Shown piece after piece: positions 52,610 through 62,177 of a stretch of 64,000 bases of DNA (position 1 is the stretch's first letter; every line of letters begins with the position of its first letter). Under the pieces are notes generated by a model, which was given only the letters and a program-made list of their open reading frames with translations, made no database searches and was not told the origin of the DNA. Made by a program: the position numbers and the translations under genes. Source of the DNA: Patescibacteria group bacterium (GTDB taxonomy: Bacteria > Patescibacteriota > Microgenomatia > CAYGWK01); the NCBI GenBank assembly GCA_049322615.1, contig JBMORX010000003.1, positions 3,328-67,327 of the forward strand. Reading direction: 5' to 3'.

Positions 52610-53620
52610 TTATGCAAAATCTTTTTTTAGAGTCTTAAAATACATTTGTTTTTCTGCCATTTCCGGATGCTCTTTAATTATTTTTTTAGCGCTAGCAACG
52701 ATACGTTTTATGCCTTCTTCTACCGACACTTTTGGTTTAAATCCAAGCACCTTCTCTACCCTACTATTGTCTGACAATAGCCTTCTTGCATAAATGTCGA
52801 TTGGTACTGAGACATAAATTGGCTTAAGATTTGTCTCAAGCTCCTCATTAATCAGTTGAATAATTTTATTAAAACTAGTTTCTACCCCAGTACCGACGTT
52901 GAGTGGCTGAGAAGAAATATCTTTTCCCAAAGCAAGGCAAAACATTTCTGCGGCATCATCCACATAAATAAGGTCTCTAGTTTGGTTGCCATCCCCCCAT
53001 ACAACAGGTCTTTTCCCAGAAACCATGGCCCACGCGAACAGCGAGGTGACATTAGCACAGCCTCCTTTAGTATCTTCTTCCTCACCGTAAACACTAAAAG
53101 GTCTCATCGCAACTGATTTTATGCCGCAGGAAGCGTCGTACTGATTACCAATCTCCTCATTAACCTTTTTTGAAAGCGCTTTTAAATCTGGAGGGTTAAT
53201 TACCATGTCTTCATGGTAAGGTAGTTTGTTTCCTTCATACACGGCACTTGTACTTGCATGGACAATTTTTTTTATACCATGTTTCTTCATCGCCTCAAGT
53301 ATGTTTAAGAAACTTTGGATAGTATTAATAGTGCTTTCTCGCGGATTCCCCTTATACATTAAAAATGACGACGGAGCTGCCAGGTGAATAACGCCGTTAG
53401 TTTTTGAGACTAAATCATCAACGAACTTGTAATCACGAAGATCGCCTTGGATAAAAGAAAAATTCGGACTGTTGACTTGAAAAAAAGATTGTGTTTTCTT
53501 TAAGTCTGTCGCTAGGATAACGTATCTATCCCTTCTCAAGAGGTTTCTTACAACGGCTTTTCCGATTAATCCAGAGGCCCCGGTAACTAAAATTTTTTTC
53601 ATGAATATAGATTTTAGCAC
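52610..53620 (-). CDS. NAD-dependent epimerase/dehydratase (extended SDR)
   Basis: It has the Rossmann motif KILVTGASGLIGKAV and YxxxK catalytic residues. Confidence 0.8.
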   Translation of the reverse strand: MLKSIFMKKILVTGASGLIGKAVVRNLLRRDRYVILATDLKKTQSFFQVNSPNFSFIQGDLRDYKFVDDLVSKTNGVIHLAAPSSFLMYKGNPRESTINTIQSFLNILEAMKKHGIKKIVHASTSAVYEGNKLPYHEDMVINPPDLKALSKKVNEEIGNQYDASCGIKSVAMRPFSVYGEEEDTKGGCANVTSLFAWAMVSGKRPVVWGDGNQTRDLIYVDDAAEMFCLALGKDISSQPLNVGTGVETSFNKIIQLINEELETNLKPIYVSVPIDIYARRLLSDNSRVEKVLGFKPKVSVEEGIKRIVASAKKIIKEHPEMAEKQMYFKTLKKDFA

Positions 53621-53648
53621 GAATTGATTGTAGAATAAACATTAACCC

Positions 53649-54830
53649 TTGAAAGTGAAAATGAAAATTTGTATTCTAACCCATGATTTTCCTCCGGTTA
53701 TAGGAGGAGCACAAACACACCAATATAACGAGGCAAAAAAGTTAAGCGAATTTGGCCATAAAGTTCAAGTAATAACAGGAACGCCTACACCTGATTTAAA
53801 AGATATAGACTATTCTAAGGAAAATTTCAATTTAATTCGCCTAGAAGGACTAAAAGAATTTTCAAAGGGTAAGATTGGTATAAAAGAGATTATTCCTTCA
53901 TTATTCAAAACTGTAAAAGAATTCAATCCCGACATAATCCATGCACACGGCTATATTCCTTTTTTAGGGGTCTGTTTTTTTATAAAAAGCATAAGGGCAA
54001 AAGTCTTTTTTACCTATCATGCAACTCCCAAACTAGAGTACAAAAGAGCTGCTGGCGTATTTGATGATTTCGAATTAGATAAATCCTTTGGGGAATTTAT
54101 TTTTCAATACTGTCCGTATGAGAAACTAATTGCTTGTAGCCGTTATTATTACAGCTGGGCAAAGAGCTGCGGCGCCCCTCCTTCCAAATTAAAGCTAGTT
54201 TATTACGGAGTTGACTTCGATAAATTTTTATCGGCAACCCCCCTGGAAAGAAAAAGAATAGGCTTTTCTAAAGATGACTTCATTATTTGTTCACCTGGGA
54301 GAATGATTCCAAGCAAGGGAGTAGTCGATTTAATTGAATTATTGGTATTTCTACCCCCAAATTTTAAATTATTTTTACCCACCAGTATTTCTTATACGAA
54401 ACCAGAGTTTAAAGAACAGATAATGAATCTCGTTAAAAGGCGAGCTTTGGAAAATAGGATCAATATTTTGGCTGACACTTTTAATGTATTTGATATGCCT
54501 GCGGCATACAAAATGTCAGACTTAGTGGTATTAGCATCTCACGTCGAGGGCTTAGGGTTGGTACTGATTGAAGGAATTGCTGCCAAGAAACCCGTTATCG
54601 GAACTGCGGTCCCTGGAATAACTGAAGTGGTGAATGACGGCAGAACCGGTTTACTAGCTCAACCACACAATCCCAAATCATTGGCTAACGCGATAATGAA
54701 GCTTTATAAGGACAGAACTTTACGCAAGCAACTTATAGAAGGCGCTTATTTATTCGCCCGAAAAAAATTCGATCTTACCGCCCAGACTAAAAAAATCGAG
54801 AAATTATTCCTAGATTCTCTTAAAAAGTGA
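53649..54830 (+). CDS. Glycosyltransferase family 4 (GT-B)
   Basis: It has the C-terminal EX7E-type motif region EGLGLVLIEGIAAKKPVIGTAVPGITEVV. Confidence 0.8.
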   Translation: MKVKMKICILTHDFPPVIGGAQTHQYNEAKKLSEFGHKVQVITGTPTPDLKDIDYSKENFNLIRLEGLKEFSKGKIGIKEIIPSLFKTVKEFNPDIIHAHGYIPFLGVCFFIKSIRAKVFFTYHATPKLEYKRAAGVFDDFELDKSFGEFIFQYCPYEKLIACSRYYYSWAKSCGAPPSKLKLVYYGVDFDKFLSATPLERKRIGFSKDDFIICSPGRMIPSKGVVDLIELLVFLPPNFKLFLPTSISYTKPEFKEQIMNLVKRRALENRINILADTFNVFDMPAAYKMSDLVVLASHVEGLGLVLIEGIAAKKPVIGTAVPGITEVVNDGRTGLLAQPHNPKSLANAIMKLYKDRTLRKQLIEGAYLFARKKFDLTAQTKKIEKLFLDSLKK

Positions 54831-55871
54831 TTGCGGGAAATTAAACGTTATGCCCTCGGGTTTTAATGCTATTGTCTCTATTCCCGTAGTTTCAGTCACA
54901 TATTTCTCATACGCATTAGAAAATGCATTATCTGTCAAATCAAGAAGACCAAGATGACTAATGAAACATTTTTTAACTTTTGAATCTTTAAGAATATCTA
55001 TAACGTCGTAGCCGGTTAAGTGAAATTTTGAGTGTTTCGTAAAAATAAAATCGTTAACATTGCAAATTAAAATATCGACGTCTCTGTAAGTTTTTTTTAA
55101 ATAATCATGTTTCTTTAAGATTCGGGAAAAAATTCCTTCGTAATCATCTGTTCCACTTTTCACGATTTGGCCTGTTTTAGTCTGAAATACCTTTGTGTAG
55201 CCAGTGTCGGTTATATAGCCAATTTTTAAGTTTTGATAATTAAGGACAAAGCCTTGGGTTCCTTTAATGCTGTGAAACATCGGAATGGGAGTCAGGGTAG
55301 CCCCATTAACCTCAATGGGGATAAGTGATTTACTTACGATACTTCGGACGTTTTTTATCCCTTTGCCAGAAATGTTACTGAAATAGTCACTCACTGCTTT
55401 TTCCTTAAATACTTCCTTTGGAGCAATAAGGGTAACTATTTTGGGATTTCCTGGATAAAGCATATTTTCTAAAGCCACATTAGCACCAGCATAATGATCT
55501 AAATGACTATGAGAAATAAACAAAGTATTTGCCTCAAGAGGGTTTATACCAGAAGCAAAGGTTCGAGTCTCAAATTCTGCTCCTGGGTCGACAACCATAA
55601 CTAGTTTATCTAAATAGATAACAAAGCCTATATATTTCCAGGGAGCGGTCCTGGCGTAGAGATTTGATTTTGAATAATGAAAGCAGGGGAAAACAATCTT
55701 TCTTTGGTGTGAGGGATAAATCGCTTCCCTTTTTATTTTCTCGGCAGCTTCCCTTTTTAGCCGCCTGAGTTTTTTAGAAAGTTTGATAAGTGTTTGCTCG
55801 CGAATAAGCATATCTTGTGCTATAATTTTCTCTCGTTGGTAATTAGAATTCGTTGCTAAAAATATTATCAT
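54810..55871 (-). CDS. MBL-fold metallo-hydrolase
   Basis: It has the HxHxDH motif (FISHSHLDHYAG). Confidence 0.7.
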   Translation of the reverse strand: MIIFLATNSNYQREKIIAQDMLIREQTLIKLSKKLRRLKREAAEKIKREAIYPSHQRKIVFPCFHYSKSNLYARTAPWKYIGFVIYLDKLVMVVDPGAEFETRTFASGINPLEANTLFISHSHLDHYAGANVALENMLYPGNPKIVTLIAPKEVFKEKAVSDYFSNISGKGIKNVRSIVSKSLIPIEVNGATLTPIPMFHSIKGTQGFVLNYQNLKIGYITDTGYTKVFQTKTGQIVKSGTDDYEGIFSRILKKHDYLKKTYRDVDILICNVNDFIFTKHSKFHLTGYDVIDILKDSKVKKCFISHLGLLDLTDNAFSNAYEKYVTETTGIETIALKPEGITFNFPQSLFKRI

Positions 55872-55900
55872 TTCTGATTGTTAATTACCAGCAGTCAAAC

Positions 55901-56917
55901 ATGGAAAGATTTAGAGAACTACGGCCACTTCCTGAGGGAATTTGGTCTTATGACACCATAGCGTTTAAAGGCCATATTGGTTCAGTCCGTGAGCTTTTGT
56001 TAGTGGTAACAGAGTCAGGCAAAGAGATTGTACCTACAACTCTTGAGTATCGTCAAAATCCTTATGGCGATAGACAAAGTCGTCTCTTTGAGGGAAGGTT
56101 TTCTAAAGAATTTGTTGACTACGGTAAAGTTGGCTTTTATAACAAAGGAGAAAAACAAGATTTTGAAGAGTATATTCTCTGGGACGAACAGGCGAATATT
56201 TCGATTTTAGCTTTACCTTTAGATCCGAAAACAAGAGTTTTTTCTGCTAAGGAAGCCCTAGAGAGATTTTTGGATTACAGTTTACCCCAAACTATTATTC
56301 TTAAAAAGTTTGTTGAATTTTTTCCTGATAAAGATTTAGGGTTGTTAGGTTCATGCGCGAATCTTTTTAATCAGCCCTCTTCTGACCTGGACCTCTTCGT
56401 TTACGGAGGAAGAAGTTTTGAAGAAGTAGCAAAGGCGCTTAGAGATAGTCATGTTAGGGCTCATTTGGGAATTAGACCCTTGCCTGAAGAAATTCAAAAT
56501 AAAAGCGCCGAAAATTACAGTAAGAGGTTTGGAATATCTTTTGAAAGAGCGAAAAGGATAGTCCTTTTAAGGAACCGTTATTTAGTCGAAATAGGTGGTC
56601 AAAACGGAATTAAGGTTTCTATTACAGGATGCTTTGACAAAAAAGAATATCAACTTCAAACAGTTTTGGGATCAAGAAAGATAAGAAAGGTCCAGGAAGA
56701 AGGTTTGGCTGTAGAAACCCATAATTCTGCCTCACTTCCGAGAGAATACATCGTGGAAATAGTTGGGCAGCAAGTTAGGGTTATTGCCATGCAGGAAGTT
56801 TTAAAGATGATGGTCGAAACCGGTGATAAAGTTGAACTCAGAGGAACTCTTCGGGAAAAAGACGGCGTGGAATTTATTTCTCTCGAAGACTATGAAGACA
56901 TCATTATTGCATTATAA
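55901..56917 (+). CDS. Pol-beta superfamily nucleotidyltransferase domain protein (start at the internal ATG 55901)
   Basis: The GS-x(9-13)-DxD pattern is LGSCANLFNQPSSDLDLFVYG. Confidence 0.5.
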   Translation: MERFRELRPLPEGIWSYDTIAFKGHIGSVRELLLVVTESGKEIVPTTLEYRQNPYGDRQSRLFEGRFSKEFVDYGKVGFYNKGEKQDFEEYILWDEQANISILALPLDPKTRVFSAKEALERFLDYSLPQTIILKKFVEFFPDKDLGLLGSCANLFNQPSSDLDLFVYGGRSFEEVAKALRDSHVRAHLGIRPLPEEIQNKSAENYSKRFGISFERAKRIVLLRNRYLVEIGGQNGIKVSITGCFDKKEYQLQTVLGSRKIRKVQEEGLAVETHNSASLPREYIVEIVGQQVRVIAMQEVLKMMVETGDKVELRGTLREKDGVEFISLEDYEDIIIAL

Positions 56918-57184
56918 AGAAATTTCGGCTAGATACGGAAAATTAAATCAAAAGGGCGAAAAATCTTGCTAACGCCATACTTGGTTATCGCCACAGTCTT
57001 AAAAGAGGGGGCGTTAAGGTCCCTAAAAAGTTCCAAGTAAAAATAGCAAAACTAGATAATAGCTTTGGTGTAAAGGTTTCAGAAACTTTTTACCCTGTAA
57101 CTCTTGAAAGAGTTATCCCAAAATGTCCGAAAAAACAATTCTTATAAATTATCAGATTAGTCTTCGAAAGTACAGAAAAATAGT

Positions 57185-57493
57185 TTGACTAAAAATAATT
57201 GGCCTGTATTTTTACTGTCCACAGATCTCTGGGAGAAAAACCTAAGATCAAATTCTCTCAAAAAAATAATCAATGTCATAAGTCTTTTAAAAGAGTCTGA
57301 TAGAGATCTTCTTCGACTGGCACTTCTAATCACATATTATTCTGAGGCTAACGCTGGAAGAAACGGGATCAAAAAAGAAAAAGCCTTTGGGGTCTATAAA
57401 AAATTTAAACCGGTAGCAACTTTTCCCGAAATGAAAAAGTTTATTATCCAAAGATTAAACGAGACTTTTAAGCCAGCTTTTAATAGAGTCTAA
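57185..57493 (+). CDS. Hypothetical small protein (TTG start in the track)
   Basis: It is an ORF only, with no motif. Confidence is low. Confidence 0.3.
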   Translation: MTKNNWPVFLLSTDLWEKNLRSNSLKKIINVISLLKESDRDLLRLALLITYYSEANAGRNGIKKEKAFGVYKKFKPVATFPEMKKFIIQRLNETFKPAFNRV

Positions 57494-58126
57494 AGATTGA
57501 ACAAGAACCTCATCTTCTTCAAGCGCGCTATCTAATATTTTTGTGCTTGCGCTTTCCTTAATATCTGAGATTATCAATTTTTCGAGTTTAATCAACTTTT
57601 TGACTTGCCTTAAAGTCGTCTCCCTATAACGTAGTGGATGGGTTGTAGATCTATTTAATCTTTCTTTAAGCTCTTCTGCTTTAGGAGATTTTAAAAAAAT
57701 AAAAAAAGAATGGTTATCAAGATCTAAATATTGTGGCATTAATTGAACGCCATCGATAATATAGTCTACCCCATCTTTGCGAGAAATCTTGAGTATATAG
57801 TCGACAATGGAGCAAATCTTCTCTGCCTGTTTGAAAAAAAGAGGAAACTCATCAGTGTCTTTATCTAATTGATTAATTCCGCGAAGACTAGAATCCATGG
57901 GTTCAAGAAATCTTAGCGTCTTCGTTATCACTCCTACCGAAGTTCTTTGTTTTATACCTAACCTAAATGAAAGATTATATGACAAAGAAGTTTTACCGAC
58001 ACCAAAAACTCCTCCTATTAATATGGAAATTGGGAAATTAATTTTCTCTTTTAATTTTTTGATTTCTTTTGCTTCGCCCGCTAAATTCACGAGGTTTATT
58101 ATATAATATAGGGTTAAAGATGACAA
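57455..58126 (-). CDS. P-loop NTPase, 2-phosphoglycerate-kinase-like
   Basis: Walker A reads LIGGVFGVGKTSLSYNLSFRLGI, resembling the 2-PGK/ATP-binding family. Confidence 0.45.
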   Translation of the reverse strand: MSSLTLYYIINLVNLAGEAKEIKKLKEKINFPISILIGGVFGVGKTSLSYNLSFRLGIKQRTSVGVITKTLRFLEPMDSSLRGINQLDKDTDEFPLFFKQAEKICSIVDYILKISRKDGVDYIIDGVQLMPQYLDLDNHSFFIFLKSPKAEELKERLNRSTTHPLRYRETTLRQVKKLIKLEKLIISDIKESASTKILDSALEEDEVLVQSLDSIKSWLKSLV

Positions 58127-59310
58127 AAAGGGTTAACGGGTATCCGTTGAATTATTTAAAAAATCCCACATGCAGATATTTTAATGGATACCATCCATGC
58201 CCAATTGCTATAAAATATCACACGGCTTGTCCTTGCGCCCATCACAAACCAATTGGCAAGAAGCTCCTTGTGATAGAAATGGGAGGAATTGGGAGCGTCT
58301 TGAGGACTACTGTCGTCACCAAGAATTTTAAAAGAATATATACTCCGTCGCATATTACATTTTTAACCCATAAGGATGGGATAGAAGTTCTTAAATATTC
58401 TCCCAGCGTAGACATGGCTCTTGCTTATAAGATAGAAAACTGTGTCACTCTCCTTGCGGAGACTTTCGATTTTATTTATAACTTTGAGGTTGATCCAGCT
58501 GCCTGTAGCCTCTGTAGTTTAATCCAGGCGAAGAAAAAATATGGGTTTAAGTGGAACAAAAATGCCCTACCGGGGCTGGCGCATCCTGAATCTGCCGATT
58601 TATTTCGATTTCAGGTTGATAACCAAATAAGGACTAAAAACCAAAAATCAATCCAACAACTTCTTATAGAAGCTGTAGGAATGGAATGGCAGGAACAGGA
58701 GTTTGATATACAACTCGAGAGGGAAGATAGGGCTTTCGCTAACAATTTTTTCCAAGGACACAAATTAGACAATCTAAGGGTAGTCGGACTCAATCTTGGT
58801 TCAAAGAAAATACATGCCAAGAAAAGATGGCCCATCGAATATTTTATCGATTTGACAAAAAGATTAAACGACATTGATAAAGTAAAACCCATTTTGTTAG
58901 GGGGTCCGGAGGAAATAGAAATCTATAGCTATGCGAAGTCAAGATTAAAATCAATCGGAATCATTGGAAATGAGTGTAAAAATACTATTGGGGAGTTTCT
59001 AGCTCTTATCTCTCGCTGTGAGGTTATAGTAAGCGCCACTACCTTTGGATTACTAGCAGCCACAGGACTAGGTGTAAAAACTGTTGCTATTTGTTCTCCA
59101 AAACCAATATCAGAAGTCTATACGTATGGCAAGGGTATAAAGGTTGCTTATTCACCAACTTATGATCCAGAATATAGTACAAAAATTAAAAACTTAACTC
59201 TGGGAGAAGAATTAAAAATTGGGCTAAAAGAGATTCCTGTAGAAATGGTCTTAGAAGCGGTTATAGACAGCTTAAAAAATGATTTTAGTAATCCAACCAG
59301 ATTTGTTTAA
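58120..59310 (+). CDS. Glycosyltransferase family 9 (heptosyltransferase-like), start at ATG 58120
   Basis: It is GT-B with a C-terminal half containing LGGPEEIE...TTFGLLAATGLGVKTVAI. TATAAT lies 12 nt upstream. Confidence 0.55.
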   Translation: MTKRVNGYPLNYLKNPTCRYFNGYHPCPIAIKYHTACPCAHHKPIGKKLLVIEMGGIGSVLRTTVVTKNFKRIYTPSHITFLTHKDGIEVLKYSPSVDMALAYKIENCVTLLAETFDFIYNFEVDPAACSLCSLIQAKKKYGFKWNKNALPGLAHPESADLFRFQVDNQIRTKNQKSIQQLLIEAVGMEWQEQEFDIQLEREDRAFANNFFQGHKLDNLRVVGLNLGSKKIHAKKRWPIEYFIDLTKRLNDIDKVKPILLGGPEEIEIYSYAKSRLKSIGIIGNECKNTIGEFLALISRCEVIVSATTFGLLAATGLGVKTVAICSPKPISEVYTYGKGIKVAYSPTYDPEYSTKIKNLTLGEELKIGLKEIPVEMVLEAVIDSLKNDFSNPTRFV

Positions 59311-59407
59311 GAGTGCTTCTTGATAAAAACCAATTTTATTTCAATCTTGCATTAATCTCAAATTTTGGCATTGAGTTCCTGCCTTTGCAAAAGGAGGAAG
59401 CCCGGCC

Positions 59408-59484
59408 GAGGCAATATCAACTTCAACCTCAATTGGGACAGAATCAAGTCCGACGGTCGCGCCAGAAAAAACCCGGGCAAGCAT
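59408..59484. repeat. Direct repeat of the comM 5' end (77 nt, 75/77 identical to 52479-52555; weaker similarity extends about 25 nt further upstream)
   Basis: I aligned it by eye. GAGGCAATATCAACTTCAACCTCAATTGG(A/G)ACAGAATCAAGTCC(T/G)ACGGTCGCGCCAGAAAAAACCCGGGCAAGCAT encodes [26 protein letters not shown] on the minus strand. Confidence 0.75.
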
Positions 59485-59524
59485 TAGATTAATATTAGCA
59501 GAAAAACTGGTATAATTTAATTCT

Positions 59525-59872
59525 GTGAATCAAAGATATGGTGGAGTGATTTGGACAAATCACGCAATCCAACGGCTTTATGAACGCCGGATTACTCAAT
59601 CGGATGCCTGGTACTCTTTTCAACATCCGGACGGACAATTGTCAGGCACCACTCCTGGTTCCTTCCGCTACTACAAAGATTATGGACCCCAAAGAATTGA
59701 GGTGGTGGCTACCCGAAACGAGAAGAAAGAGTGGGTTATCCTTTCCTGTTGGTCAAAAATAATGGGCACTGGCCAATCTATCTTTCCTAAATCAGAAAAT
59801 ATTTTCTGGGCGCTCGTCAAAAGAATCTTCAGAAAAATTTGGCTGGTAATTTGGAAGAAAAATAAGGCTTAA
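59525..59872 (+). CDS. Hypothetical protein, DUF4258-like (possible toxin-like domain)
   Basis: The N-terminus [20 protein letters not shown] resembles the DUF4258 consensus (H.A.ER..ERGI...). Confidence 0.35.
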   Translation: MNQRYGGVIWTNHAIQRLYERRITQSDAWYSFQHPDGQLSGTTPGSFRYYKDYGPQRIEVVATRNEKKEWVILSCWSKIMGTGQSIFPKSENIFWALVKRIFRKIWLVIWKKNKA

Positions 59873-60720
59873 AAAGACTTCTTCAGCTCTAAAATTGCTG
59901 TCCCCCTCTTCTTATTTTCATGCACAATGGGAGTAAAATCTAACATTCGAAAACCAAACAGGAAAGTCTGAGATGCCTTCTTAGTACGACCAAACTCTTC
60001 CCTTGAAGGTGGTATCATTTCATCTATTAACTTAGCTAAAAGCGCTTTTCCACTTTCTAGTGGCTCCTCTCTAGCTGAACCAATCGGCTGAAAGTAAGAA
60101 CCCCCTGGCTTAAGGACTCTATTGACCTCAATGATAAATCTAATAAGATCTTCTCGCGATAAAAAACACACCAAAGCATTACTCGTAACCAAATCAAACG
60201 CGTTCTCTTTAAATGGAAGTCGAGCAGCTTCTCCGGCGACAAAACCTACTTTTGACTTTTGAATCCGCTCCCTGGCAATCCCTAAAAGAAATGGAAGCAA
60301 ATCTAAACCAACGAAGCTTTTACAATGCTTAGTAATTTTTCGGGTAACATTTCCTGTTCCGCAACCAATATCTAATCCTCTATCCCACTCTTTCTTCCCA
60401 ATCTCCTCGCCTAAAGCTACAATATCATCTTTATATCGCCTGCCAACAATTATGTCATACCAGAGATCGCCAGTGGAGCATTTTTCCACGACTAGTCTAT
60501 AATAATCCTCCAGTCTTTTTGCCTCCTTCATCTTCTTAAACAAACCCTCCATCTCTGTTAAGGCGACTCTACCAAAGAAACCCTTTTGAGATTTTTCTGT
60601 CCCCTCTTCCTGACGGGCAAGATTAAGGACTTGACCTTGGATTTCGGGATCGTGGGGATTTTGTTCTATAGCAGAACTCAAATCTAAATATCGTTGTCGG
60701 ATTTCTTTCTGCTCCTCCAT
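59869..60720 (-). CDS. Class I SAM-dependent methyltransferase with an N-terminal extension
   Basis: It has motif I LDIGCGTGNVT and post I/II motifs. Confidence 0.7.
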   Translation of the reverse strand: MEEQKEIRQRYLDLSSAIEQNPHDPEIQGQVLNLARQEEGTEKSQKGFFGRVALTEMEGLFKKMKEAKRLEDYYRLVVEKCSTGDLWYDIIVGRRYKDDIVALGEEIGKKEWDRGLDIGCGTGNVTRKITKHCKSFVGLDLLPFLLGIARERIQKSKVGFVAGEAARLPFKENAFDLVTSNALVCFLSREDLIRFIIEVNRVLKPGGSYFQPIGSAREEPLESGKALLAKLIDEMIPPSREEFGRTKKASQTFLFGFRMLDFTPIVHENKKRGTAILELKKSF

Positions 60721-60755
60721 TCCGACTCAATTATAACACCACAGGCGGCAAACCA

Positions 60756-60783
60756 TCGCGCCAGAAAAAACCCGGGCAAGCAT
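60756..60783. repeat. Third, 28-nt partial copy of the comM 5' end (TCGCGCCAGAAAAAACCCGGGCAAGCAT)
   Basis: It is an exact match to the first 28 nt of the comM coding 5' end in minus-strand sense. Confidence 0.7.
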
Positions 60784-60816
60784 TAAAATTATTCTGGCAT
60801 ATCTAAGAACTAGTTT

Positions 60817-61533
60817 TCAAGAAGAGCGATGTACCTTGTGCCATAAATGGCGCAGTTTTGCTCGCAATCTTCCCCAAAAGGTAATTTCTCCTCCCTCAAG
60901 GGGGACGCGGATCTCAACATAAAATCGGGAAAGTGAGCGGAGAATTAATTTAAAAAGTTCATCTTTGCCTTCAGTTTTTCCTCGAAGAATATGATGATGA
61001 CAGCCAATAGCGACTGTCTGAACCGGTAAAAACAACTGGATATCCGCCAGACCTTCGACAGTTAATTCTTTTTCTTTAGATTCTATCTCCATCGCTGCCT
61101 TTCGGGCTTCAAGTTTATCCGAAGAATATTCGTCATAGCGCATTTGAATTAATTTCTTCCAATCTTCAAGATATCTTTTCTCGATTCCTAAATCTTTTAG
61201 ATAATCTAGATGGGCTTTAGGGATTTCGTCTTTGACAATTAGAAAATACTCTTTCAATTCTTGCTCACCATGAAGATCAGGTGCCTCAAGGGTAAGCATC
61301 AAAAGAACAAGATAAGAAACTACTAGTTCATTGAAAATTCGATCCTGCTCTGTTTTGTCCAACTTCTCAAATTCAGCAAACTCGCGGAATTTTTTATCTC
61401 GAAAGAGCTTAAAGGCTTGGTTGCTAGCCGCCTGAACCAAAGTGGCGCAAAATACCGAGGTCACCCTAGAAATAGGCGGAGGATTCTTCAACTTCCAATT
61501 TTTAAGTTTTTTTAACTCTTCTTCTAAATTCAT
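60817..61533 (-). CDS. Hypothetical protein (238 aa)
   Basis: I found no motif. Confidence 0.4.
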   Translation of the reverse strand: MNLEEELKKLKNWKLKNPPPISRVTSVFCATLVQAASNQAFKLFRDKKFREFAEFEKLDKTEQDRIFNELVVSYLVLLMLTLEAPDLHGEQELKEYFLIVKDEIPKAHLDYLKDLGIEKRYLEDWKKLIQMRYDEYSSDKLEARKAAMEIESKEKELTVEGLADIQLFLPVQTVAIGCHHHILRGKTEGKDELFKLILRSLSRFYVEIRVPLEGGEITFWGRLRAKLRHLWHKVHRSS

Positions 61534-61582
61534 CGACTCCTATTTTATCCCAAATTTCTTTCGAAGAAAACTTTTGTTAACA

Positions 61583-61837
61583 TCAACCTCTATAAATTTC
61601 TTTCCTATGACCAACACGAAGTATGATAATTTTTCTGTCTTCAACATCAAAAATAACTCGGTAATCTCCTATCCGAAAACGATAACCACCCAGTTGAGGC
61701 AAAATTAATTTTTTAGCATAAAAAAACGGCTTTTCGGCAAGCCGCTTAAGACCCTTGGCTAATTTCTTTTGAGCAACCCGATCGAGTTTTTTGATATCTC
61801 GATAAGCGTTTTTGGTATAAATTAACTCATACACCAT
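61583..61837 (-). CDS. Type II toxin, RelE/ParE family
   Basis: It is 84 aa. The C-terminus GGYRFRIGDYRVIFDVEDRKIIILRVGHRKEIY is typical of RelE/ParE. Confidence 0.75.
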   Translation of the reverse strand: MVYELIYTKNAYRDIKKLDRVAQKKLAKGLKRLAEKPFFYAKKLILPQLGGYRFRIGDYRVIFDVEDRKIIILRVGHRKEIYRG

Positions 61838-61840
61838 TAA

Positions 61841-62092
61841 TTAGAGTTTACCAAAAACTTCCTTGTGAGTGTAATATTTGCCCTTTTTATATTGTTGGCG
61901 CGCTTCTTTTATGCTTTTTAAATATTTTGGGCTTGCCAAAGCCAAAAGGTTTTCAAAAAAGTCAAGGTTAACCAAAGCAGAGACTGGACTATCTTTTTTA
62001 GTCACCAAAAGATATTCGCGTTTTTTGGCAACTTCTTCTAAAACATCAGCTAGATTGTTTCTTAAAGTAGTAATTGGAACTGTCTGAATCAT
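61841..62092 (-). CDS. Type II antitoxin, Phd/YefM family
   Basis: It is 83 aa. TTLRNNLADVLEEVAKKREYLLVTKKDSPVSALV matches the Phd/YefM fold. It lies 3 nt upstream of the toxin gene. Confidence 0.75.
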   Translation of the reverse strand: MIQTVPITTLRNNLADVLEEVAKKREYLLVTKKDSPVSALVNLDFFENLLALASPKYLKSIKEARQQYKKGKYYTHKEVFGKL

Positions 62093-62150
62093 ATGTACGT
62101 TTTAAGTGTACAATAATTTTGTGATATTGTCAAGAGGAATTCCTCGAGAA
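62093..62150 (-). promoter_or_regulatory. Operator/promoter region of the Phd/YefM-RelE operon with two GTACA motifs abutting the ATG and a 12-bp palindrome GAGGAATTCCTC
   Basis: The minus-strand sequence reads TTGTACAC-TTAAAAC-GTACAT-ATG. YefM-type operators use TGTACA cores (established for E. coli yefM). The palindrome at 62139-62150 was read directly. Confidence 0.45.
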
Positions 62151-62177
62151 GGTTCAAATTAATTCCGGTAGAGTTGG

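Noticed and set aside
52479-59484. comM repeats as Tn7-like target-site duplications
   Set aside because: Tn7-family insertions give 5-bp duplications. Here 77-100 bp of coding 5' end is duplicated, which fits integrase-type or 5'-end-replacement insertion better. No tns genes are present.
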